IMG/VR virus record: IMGVR_UViG_3300050505_000115 | Length of the DNA: 37,855 nucleotides | Strand: one strand, 5' to 3' | Origin: a virus | Part shown: positions 31,787 to 37,855 of the stretch, one piece after another | Numbering within the stretch: the first letter of the stretch is position 1 | How the letters are laid out: every line of letters begins with the position of its first letter | Program-made: the position numbers and the translations under genes | The notes under the pieces: model-generated | Told to the model about the DNA's origin: nothing | Database searches by the model: none | Seen by the model: the letters and a program-made list of their open reading frames with translations, nothing else

Positions 31787-32061
31787 TGGGACGGCCTGTT
31801 CTTCCGCGGATCAGCACGCGCGGACGGGAAGTGTTTGGTACTCAGACGTTCCAGGAGAAAGCGGGGATCGCCTTCGTCGTCTTCCTCCCCGTCATCGGCC
31901 AACGCATCGCGGGCCAGCGCTTCTGGTGACAGGTCGATGTGGCGCGTCACCTTCGGCGGCGGCGCCGAGCCCATTTCGAGCGTCAGATCGGGCGTCTGGT
32001 ACCGCGTGACGCCGTTCGAGCGAAGAATCTGGAGGAGCGCCGAGAGTTGCTTTCCGACCAC
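31783..32061 (-). CDS. Hypothetical protein (92 aa) between terL and portal
   Basis: Track ORF. GTG start abuts a 19-mer copy. GTGA overlap with the portal start. Confidence 0.45.
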   Translation of the reverse strand: MVGKQLSALLQILRSNGVTRYQTPDLTLEMGSAPPPKVTRHIDLSPEALARDALADDGEEDDEGDPRFLLERLSTKHFPSARADPRKNRPSQ

Positions 32062-32080
32062 GTAAGGGCGTGGATGTCAC
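32062..32080 (-). promoter_or_regulatory. Late-operon 19-mer copy (GTGACATCCACGCCCTTAC)
   Basis: Read directly in the 22-nt gap after the terL stop. Confidence 0.55.
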
Positions 32081-32083
32081 GGC

Positions 32084-33583
32084 TCAATCCCAGGGTGATC
32101 CGGGCTCCATCTCCAGCGCATCGGGCTCCGGTTCGTCACCGACGTCGTCTAAGGTGCGGCCACGGGCCCGCTTGACGGCCTCCGCGATACGCGCCTCACG
32201 GCGCTCATCGTCGCTTGGCGGTAGGGCTGCGTCCTCTTCCTCCCAGTGCTGGCCCACCCGATAGCCGTAGAGCACGGCGTCGATGATGTCGCTGTGGTAG
32301 TTCTCGTCGAAGACCAGGACGCCTTTGGCTTTCTCGTCGGCATCCCACTGCACGATCGCGCAATCCTCCGCGAAAACGCTGTCTGGCGGCGCCAGGAACG
32401 AGCCTGTGATCAAGGCGTCGTCCAGCAGGCCAACATGCTCGGCCTTGCGCTGCTTATCGGCCGCCTCTACGTGCAGCCCCCAGCGGTTTCGCAGCTCCTC
32501 TCCGATCTTCTTGCCGAGGGCGCCGAGGTCGCCGATTGTCCGTTCGGGGTTGAACACGCGGGAGATGGCCTTGAGCTGGTTCCCCAGCTCGGTGATCCCC
32601 TGCTTTCTGGTGATCAGCTCCTTGACCAGGCGCAGCCGGCGATCATTGGGCGCCCACCCGAGCACGCCGATCGCGTCAGCGTCGTCGAACCCGATGTCGA
32701 AGACGAGGATGTAGCGCCAGCCGGGCTTGGGGGCTTCCTGCCACTCGCAGGCGTTGCGGGAGCGGTCGTAGTGTAGGGCCAGGGCATCGCTGTCCGTCAC
32801 CCACCGGCCGCAGTATTCGCGCAGATAGGTCGGGTTGTCCTCTGCCCACCGCCGGCGCTCGCGCAGTTCGGCGAGGATTTGTTCCGGGGGCTTGCCCGAC
32901 TTGGCCTGAAGATGCGGGTTGTTCCGCATGTCCAGGAAGAAGTGCTCCCAGGCGTGCTTCTGCTCGCCTTCGTCGGCCTCGTAGAAGTAGCCGGCAAGTA
33001 CCGGGGCGGGCGTGCCGACCAGGGATAGCGCGCCGTCATAGTCGAACAGCGACGGTTCGATGATGTCGTCGACGAGGGTGGTCAGAATGCTCGCGCGGAT
33101 CGCCTGCACCTCATCGATCGCGGCCCGCTTAATGCCTCCCTCGTAGCCGCGGATTTTCTCGATCTCCTCCTTATCCTTGGCCCCGCCGAGGTAGATCACC
33201 GGCTCGTTTTCGATCGCTGGAAAGCGCATGAAGGCTTCCGTCTCGTTGGGGATGCCGCCGAGGTTGTACTTGGTATTGAGCTTCTTCAGGGTCGGCCAGA
33301 TCAGCCGCTTGGCGTTCTTGAGCGTCGATGTGACGTAAAGCTGGTTGGCGTACGGCGGCTGTAGCGCGCCCTCAAGGTACCAGGTCGCGAGCGCCACGGT
33401 TCCACCTGCACGCCGCGTCTTGCGCAGCACGTTGCGCTTGGCCTTGCTGCGAACGAACGCAAGTTGCCTGGGATAGCAGACAGAGTCGGCGGTGAACGCG
33501 GGCGGCTGGAGGCGATTCGTTCTTGACCTACGGGCAAGCTCGGCTTTCGCGGCTCGCGCGAACTTGGCGCCGGTCAGGGCCAA
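32084..33583 (-). CDS. terL: Terminase large subunit
   Basis: Track ORF, 499 aa. ATPase-like KTRRAGGT and AAIDEVQ segments. Nuclease-like FDIGFDDADAIGV. Follows terS. TTG start. Confidence 0.8.
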   Translation of the reverse strand: MALTGAKFARAAKAELARRSRTNRLQPPAFTADSVCYPRQLAFVRSKAKRNVLRKTRRAGGTVALATWYLEGALQPPYANQLYVTSTLKNAKRLIWPTLKKLNTKYNLGGIPNETEAFMRFPAIENEPVIYLGGAKDKEEIEKIRGYEGGIKRAAIDEVQAIRASILTTLVDDIIEPSLFDYDGALSLVGTPAPVLAGYFYEADEGEQKHAWEHFFLDMRNNPHLQAKSGKPPEQILAELRERRRWAEDNPTYLREYCGRWVTDSDALALHYDRSRNACEWQEAPKPGWRYILVFDIGFDDADAIGVLGWAPNDRRLRLVKELITRKQGITELGNQLKAISRVFNPERTIGDLGALGKKIGEELRNRWGLHVEAADKQRKAEHVGLLDDALITGSFLAPPDSVFAEDCAIVQWDADEKAKGVLVFDENYHSDIIDAVLYGYRVGQHWEEEDAALPPSDDERREARIAEAVKRARGRTLDDVGDEPEPDALEMEPGSPWD

Positions 33584-33584
33584 G

Positions 33585-33965
33585 TCAGTTCGCCAGGTGT
33601 TCCGCTGCCCAGCGCAGCACTTCTTCGGGTGCGTCGGCTAGGTCGATCGCGAGGTCTTTCACGGGTCCGAGCGTCCGTTCCAGGTACATCTTCATGAACG
33701 CCGGGTTGGGCTGCTCGTTCGATTCGTGCTCGTTGCCGTCCTTGTCGGTCCAACGGGTGATCACGTTCTCTGTCGCCAAGGCGCGGAGCTGGGCGAACAC
33801 CTCGCGCATGTTTTCCAGGGTCCGGTGCTCGGCGTCGAGCATCTTTTCGATCTCGACCAGCTTCTTCGGGCGACCTGACGGGTTCAGCGACGGCCCACCC
33901 TTCACCATTGCAGGGTTTCCGCGCTTACGCTTTACAGGCGGCTGGTTCCCCATTTCGTCAGCCAT
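33585..33965 (-). CDS. terS: Terminase small subunit candidate (126 aa)
   Basis: Internal ATG of track ORF 33585..34037. N-terminal KRKRGNPAMVKGGPSLNPSGRPKK resembles the GNPxGRPKG motif of small-terminase/DUF5681-type proteins. Directly upstream of terL. Confidence 0.55.
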   Translation of the reverse strand: MADEMGNQPPVKRKRGNPAMVKGGPSLNPSGRPKKLVEIEKMLDAEHRTLENMREVFAQLRALATENVITRWTDKDGNEHESNEQPNPAFMKMYLERTLGPVKDLAIDLADAPEEVLRWAAEHLAN

Positions 33966-34449
33966 ATGCGTCAGCCTCCAGCAGTGCCCGAATCTCCGGG
34001 ATCGCTCGGGCGGCGGCGATCGCCTTCCGAATCGCATCCGGTGCTGTCAGCGCTCGCTCCAGAAGGGCAAACACGAGCACGATAGTAGTCGGCTCGCAGG
34101 CGGCTAGAAGCTGCCCCAGGCGTTGTTCTGGAGGGCGCTGGCGCTTGATTCGGCGGATCAGCCGATACACCGCCATGCGGCCCTTGCCGGTGCGGGCGGC
34201 GATGACCCGGGTGGACATGCCGAGGGCGTACATCTGCACGATCCGGCGCTCACCCCGCTTGTACCGGCGGTTGCGCAGGAGTGACGACCGCTGGGCCACT
34301 TCTTCGGCCGCCATCTCGCGAGAGAACGCGGCCCCTTGGTTCCGGAGCTTGCCACTGCCGCGGAAGTCGATGCGGTGCTCCCCGTCGAAGTCGAGGGCGG
34401 CAAGACCTTCGCGCTCTAGGATGCGTTCGTAGAGGGGGGCGGCGCTCAA
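33958..34449 (-). CDS. DNA-binding protein with sigma-70 region-4 / LuxR-like HTH (163 aa)
   Basis: RGERRIVQMYALGMSTRVIAARTGKGRMAVYRLIRRI. No sigma region 2 is visible. Confidence 0.5.
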   Translation of the reverse strand: MSAAPLYERILEREGLAALDFDGEHRIDFRGSGKLRNQGAAFSREMAAEEVAQRSSLLRNRRYKRGERRIVQMYALGMSTRVIAARTGKGRMAVYRLIRRIKRQRPPEQRLGQLLAACEPTTIVLVFALLERALTAPDAIRKAIAAARAIPEIRALLEADAYG

Positions 34450-34787
34450 TGCTTCGTGCCCTCCGCTTCTGCCTGCGCCTCCGCGGCCAGATCGGCGATA
34501 GGACGAAGCTCCACGCCGGCGCCAGCATCGGCCCGGGCTCCCTCGTATCCCTCCACCATGCCCTTCTGCCAGCCGCGCCAGAATGCGGGGTTGTTCTCGT
34601 CCTCTGCGGCGTTCTCTCCCTCGAGCGCGAGTCCCAGGGCCTTGTCACGCTTCGACAGGCCGATCCCCATGCGGACGGCGACGAGATGCTGTTCTACGTC
34701 GTCCTTGGTGATCGCGCCTTCGGCGAGGGCCGAGATCAGCGCTGCTAGGTTGCGGAAGCGTGGTTTCTGCTTCGTCTTGCGCGCCAT
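34446..34787 (-). CDS. Hypothetical protein (113 aa)
   Basis: Track ORF. AAAGGA SD. Confidence 0.55.
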   Translation of the reverse strand: MARKTKQKPRFRNLAALISALAEGAITKDDVEQHLVAVRMGIGLSKRDKALGLALEGENAAEDENNPAFWRGWQKGMVEGYEGARADAGAGVELRPIADLAAEAQAEAEGTKH

Positions 34788-34802
34788 GCTCGATCCTTTC
34801 GT

Positions 34803-34991
34803 TCAGGTTACACGTGACGACTGCCGCTCGTTTGCAGCTCGACGCCGCTCCCGTGAGATTTTTTGATCTTCGTTGTGACGCGGGCAGCGAACCGGGCCCC
34901 ATCCATCGGGAAGCTTGTCGGTGCATTGGACACACCGGCCCTGTCGTTTGAGCATATCGTAGCGGCGTTTGCAGAGCTGGGCGACCGTCAC
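34803..34991 (-). CDS. Small Cys-containing basic protein (62 aa)
   Basis: Track ORF. GTGA overlap. CVQC...CPRH. Confidence 0.45.
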   Translation of the reverse strand: MTVAQLCKRRYDMLKRQGRCVQCTDKLPDGWGPVRCPRHNEDQKISRERRRAANERQSSRVT

Positions 34992-35170
34992 CCAACACCA
35001 TGAAGCTTCGCCCTGGCCTTGGCGCTCTTCTGGAAGGCGGCATTCCGAGCCAGGCAGGTGGGGCAGGTGATGTGGGCTGACTTCTTGCTGGTCTTCTGGG
35101 TGGGGGGCCAGCGCTCACCGCAGACAACCCCACGGCCGAAGATGGAACGGCGGTGGACGACGGGAGTCAT
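34988..35170 (-). CDS. Small Cys-containing basic protein (60 aa)
   Basis: Track ORF. ATGA overlap. C...CPTC. Confidence 0.45.
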   Translation of the reverse strand: MTPVVHRRSIFGRGVVCGERWPPTQKTSKKSAHITCPTCLARNAAFQKSAKARAKLHGVG

Positions 35171-35394
35171 ACGACCCTCCTAAGCGCGCAGTTATCGCCG
35201 TAGTGATGTTCCTTGCGCAGCCGGTCGTAATCGTCGCACACGGATTCAACCGTGCTCCGCGCCCTGATCTCCAGCGGCAACTCGTTGAAGATCAGCCAGA
35301 CGCTTTCGACGTTCAGCCTGCGCCTCAGTTCGATGCAGTCCTTGGCCGCTTGCGAGATGTGACCGATCGTCGTGACCGCGAGACTCAGGTTCAT
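35167..35394 (-). CDS. Hypothetical protein (75 aa)
   Basis: Track ORF. ATGA overlap. Confidence 0.5.
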   Translation of the reverse strand: MNLSLAVTTIGHISQAAKDCIELRRRLNVESVWLIFNELPLEIRARSTVESVCDDYDRLRKEHHYGDNCALRRVV

Positions 35395-35597
35395 CGCGTC
35401 CCTTTCGTTCGTTCATGGGCACAGTCCGAGCAGGGCTCATTCCCCGGCCACTGGTGCCGCTTCTCCAGGATTGAGGCGGGTGGGTTGGAGGAGAGACGGC
35501 GAGCGAGGTGGGACTCGCACAGAACCATGGTCAACGTGAGCTGTCGGGCCTCGCCGCTGCCGTAGCCGAGGATGTAGAGGGGGAGGGAGTCGGTCAC
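35391..35597 (-). CDS. Hypothetical protein (68 aa; may start at 35603)
   Basis: Track ORF 35391..35603. GTG 35597 gives a GTGA overlap with the upstream stop. Confidence 0.45.
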   Translation of the reverse strand: MTDSLPLYILGYGSGEARQLTLTMVLCESHLARRLSSNPPASILEKRHQWPGNEPCSDCAHERTKGTR

Positions 35598-35974
35598 AGC
35601 CACCTCAGCGCCGCGCCATTGATCGCGACGTGCATGATGTTGTCCGCGATGATGAGCAGCCAGACGGCCATGAACGGCGGACGGTCGGCGGGGTAGCCGG
35701 TCCCGCTACATTCGCTCCAAGGTTTGTTAGGGCCCAGCCAATTCTTGGCCCAGCAGACGAAGCGGGCGAGGCGCCAACGGTCGATGGCGAAGTGGGAACC
35801 GACGATGACCGCGAGCGCCAGCAACGACGGGCGAAAGAATAGGAACGGCAGTGCGTAGGTCAGGACGTGGGCGAGGCAGGCGACCGACCGCTTCGTCTTC
35901 GTGTTCGCCATCCAGTCGGACTGGAGGACGTAGTCTCCGACGGCGTGGCAGAGCAGTTGATCGGCGGTGATCAT
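35594..35974 (-). CDS. DUF3307-like integral membrane protein (126 aa)
   Basis: Internal ATG of track ORF 35594..36172. N-terminal HAVGDYVLQSDWMANTK motif and 3-4 hydrophobic segments. Confidence 0.5.
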   Translation of the reverse strand: MITADQLLCHAVGDYVLQSDWMANTKTKRSVACLAHVLTYALPFLFFRPSLLALAVIVGSHFAIDRWRLARFVCWAKNWLGPNKPWSECSGTGYPADRPPFMAVWLLIIADNIMHVAINGAALRWL

Positions 35975-36140
35975 CGCCCCGCCGCCTTCTGGCGGTACCA
36001 GCAATTCAGGTAATTGCAGGGCGGATTTCTCGTGCAGCGGATACGAGCAACTGCGAGGCGCCCACCTCCAGCCATGGGGACATCGGTTGCGTACGGAATC
36101 CTCGACGGCACCACGATCCCGGTCTTCACACGGAGGTGCT

Positions 36141-36302
36141 TCACGAACAGCAGCCCTTCTCTGCGTCATCACACGTCAGCTTGTGCTTGACGGTCTTCTT
36201 GCCCCGAATCTGCCAGCCGGCCTTGAGCCAGCGAGCGAGGCACGCATCGCAGAGCCAGGTGACCCACTCAAATTCCCGGGTGAGCTGGTAGATGCGGATC
36301 AC
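36141..36302 (-). CDS. 53-aa Cys-rich protein (not in ORF track)
   Basis: Hand translation gives VIRIYQLTREFEWVTWLCDACLARWLKAGWQIRGKKTVKHKLTCDDAEKGCCS. GTGA overlap with the upstream stop. Confidence 0.4.
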   Translation of the reverse strand: MIRIYQLTREFEWVTWLCDACLARWLKAGWQIRGKKTVKHKLTCDDAEKGCCS

Positions 36303-36838
36303 TTCGCACCTCGGAGGGCGGCGATCTCGTCAGGCGTGGCTCGTCGTTCGGCCGCTGCGCGCAGCTCGGCGATCTTGCGATCGGTGCCTCGGGATAGCCT
36401 GTCGTCGATGTGGTGCGGGACGGCCTGGGGTTGGGGCGGCGGCTCGTCCTCCCACTTGCGGCGTTTGAGGTAGCGGTGGAAGTAGGGGGCGAACTTCCAG
36501 CCCTCGGGACCCCATTCGATTGCCTGCCAACGAAAGGCGGCGAGTACCAGGCGTAAAAGGGTCTCTTCGCCCCCCACGGTTGGGGCGACAATGCGCCAGC
36601 GAAAGAACGACTCTTCCTTCTCTTGCTTGCGGCCGTATTGGAGCCAAGCTGCTTCGAAAGCGCCCGAATATTCCTTGTTTGGGCCTCTCACACGCGCGCG
36701 CGTTCCGGAGAGCAAAGAAGGATTCGGATCAAGATTCCGGAAGGATTTCTGATCAGAAGAAGAGATCGCACGGCCGGTTACCGTAAGCGTTACCCCTTCC
36801 GTTACCTCAAATTCGTGCTGACAGCTTGGGCACTTCAT
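36299..36838 (-). CDS. Hypothetical protein (179 aa) with N-terminal zinc ribbon and a C-terminal WxxxxKWEDE-type motif
   Basis: Internal ATG of track ORF 36299..36892. ATGA overlap with the HNH stop. CPSC. The 5' half has atypically low GC3. Confidence 0.55.
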   Translation of the reverse strand: MKCPSCQHEFEVTEGVTLTVTGRAISSSDQKSFRNLDPNPSLLSGTRARVRGPNKEYSGAFEAAWLQYGRKQEKEESFFRWRIVAPTVGGEETLLRLVLAAFRWQAIEWGPEGWKFAPYFHRYLKRRKWEDEPPPQPQAVPHHIDDRLSRGTDRKIAELRAAAERRATPDEIAALRGAK

Positions 36839-37284
36839 TGCTGCATCGCCTTCGCTTGTCGATCCAGTTCTGCGTGCCACCGACCGTGGCATTGCTTGCA
36901 GAGCGTGATCAGGTTCGTGGCCTGATTGGCCGTCTCGTGGTCTCCGTTGAACTCGCGAAGCGGCTTGATGTGGTGGACGACGATGTTGTCGTCAGGCTTT
37001 GAACCGCCGGCGCGCTTGTGACCCTCGTCCTGGCACTGGTTGCCATCCCGGGCGAGTATGGAGGCGCGAATCTCCATCCACCTCGGCCCGTAGTCATTGA
37101 CCCTCCTTGGGAGCTCGTAGTCGTAGTTGTCATGCCTGCACTGCTCGACCAGTGAAATACAGGGCTCGCACATTTCCAGGAGAGACGGCGGTCGCTTGGC
37201 CCCGCCGCCGATTGCGATCGCGACCCCATCTGCATCTTCGCCGCAGATGTCGCACTTGACCTGGCAAGCTACCGCCCGCTTCAC
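36835..37284 (-). CDS. HNH endonuclease (149 aa)
   Basis: HHIKPLREF...NLITLCKQCHGRWH, plus an N-terminal CDIC...CEPC zinc ribbon. Confidence 0.8.
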   Translation of the reverse strand: MKRAVACQVKCDICGEDADGVAIAIGGGAKRPPSLLEMCEPCISLVEQCRHDNYDYELPRRVNDYGPRWMEIRASILARDGNQCQDEGHKRAGGSKPDDNIVVHHIKPLREFNGDHETANQATNLITLCKQCHGRWHAELDRQAKAMQQ

Positions 37285-37799
37285 GCCGCCTCTTTCTTCC
37301 GTACGAGGCGGGCGGCTCGGGTTTCTGACTTTCGTTCAGGACGGAGGATTTTCCGCCAGCGAACCTTTGGGCCCTTCAGAACCGGAGGCTTACGAGGCCG
37401 GGACTTGCGCGAGTGGTCGGCGTTCTCGTCGGTGAGGCCGATTCGCTCGAAGCCTGCCCCTTTGGTGGATGAGCCAGGCTCTGACGGCAGCGTATACGTC
37501 CAGACCTCACGCCACCCCAATGCCTCGGCAGCTCGCGCCAGTGCGGCGTAGAGACGCGAGCATGCGTTCGGCGTTCCCTTGCCGTCGTCCTGCTCTTCGA
37601 CAGCCACGCGCGAGATGACGAGACGTCCGGTGTCGTTCCAGACGCGCGGGCCGTTGCCGGCGACCGCGACACCTCGAAGCTCTCCGTTTACGGCAACCCC
37701 GGCCGCGAACATGCCGCCCTGGATGTCCTCGAGCTTGCGGTGCCACTGCTTCACGCGCCGCTTGGCCTCGCGCACGGTCATGGGGACGACCTCGATCAC
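37281..37799 (-). CDS. GNAT-fold protein resembling the prophage XF1762-like family (172 aa; may start at ATG 37781)
   Basis: VPMTVREAKRRV..WHRK...LRGVAV.G......D.G.L.ISRVAV....GTPNACSRLYAALARAAEALGW.EVWTYTL..E.G.S.KGAGF. Confidence 0.5.
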   Translation of the reverse strand: MIEVVPMTVREAKRRVKQWHRKLEDIQGGMFAAGVAVNGELRGVAVAGNGPRVWNDTGRLVISRVAVEEQDDGKGTPNACSRLYAALARAAEALGWREVWTYTLPSEPGSSTKGAGFERIGLTDENADHSRKSRPRKPPVLKGPKVRWRKILRPERKSETRAARLVRKKEAA

Positions 37800-37831
37800 G
37801 CCCGCCGCCCCTTCCGTACGAGGTGCCGCCC

Positions 37832-37855
37832 CGCTGTCACGCTGACTCTCCGATC
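37832..37855. repeat. Terminal direct repeat, right copy (identical to 1-24)
   Basis: Read directly. Confidence 0.9.

Noticed and set aside
15354-32080. The 19-mer as a sigma54 (-24/-12) or standard sigma70 promoter
   Set aside because: GTGAC to TTGT spacing is 10 nt, not the 5 nt of TGGCAC-N5-TTGC. There are no TTGACA/TATAAT-like hexamers at appropriate spacing, and start codons abut the motif.
35975-36140. A possible 34-52 aa minus-strand ORF ending in an ATGA overlap with the DUF3307-like gene
   Set aside because: The start is ambiguous (GTG or internal ATG), it is very short, and it has no recognisable features. It was left unannotated.
1-37855. CRISPR arrays, rRNA or tRNA genes, transposases or IS elements
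   Set aside because: Reading through the window revealed no regularly spaced direct repeats, no rRNA-like segments, no complete cloverleaf and no transposase-like products.

Overview
The window looks like a complete, circularly assembled genome of a GC-rich temperate phage. An identical 24-nt sequence sits at both ends (1-24 and 37832-37855), so the unique length is about 37,831 bp. Almost everything is encoded on the minus strand as one long, tightly coupled gene array. In the direction of transcription it runs as follows:
- an HTH regulator with operator-like repeats at 7.4-7.8 kb
- an early region of small Cys-rich proteins, two HNH endonucleases, an Erf-type annealing protein and a small nuclease
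- a tyrosine integrase followed by a candidate attP that mimics the 3' half of tRNA-His
- more small genes and a Dam-like methyltransferase
- across the circular junction, a GNAT-fold protein, a third HNH, a DUF3307-like membrane protein, terS and terL
- portal, scaffold, major capsid, a roughly 15-kb virion, tail and ejection module with no recognisable tape-measure or tail-tube genes (podovirus-like), two paralogous tail fibres, an SGNH esterase and a holin-like gene.

The plus strand carries only two things: a 3.7-kb block of 13 small, mostly Cys/His-rich ORFans (7956-11632, with a clear sigma70-like promoter at 8771) and one lipoprotein moron (19878-20228) embedded antisense in the virion module.

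The most unusual signal is a 19-nt motif, GTGAC-N5-CGCCCTTGT. It occurs five times, always on the coding strand and always in the rare intergenic gaps of the late operon, mostly directly in front of start codons that lack a Shine-Dalgarno.

Functional calls rest on motifs I recognise by eye and on gene order. No searches were run, most small genes are ORFans, and many start codons (frequent GTG/TTG, ATGA/GTGA overlaps) are inferred.
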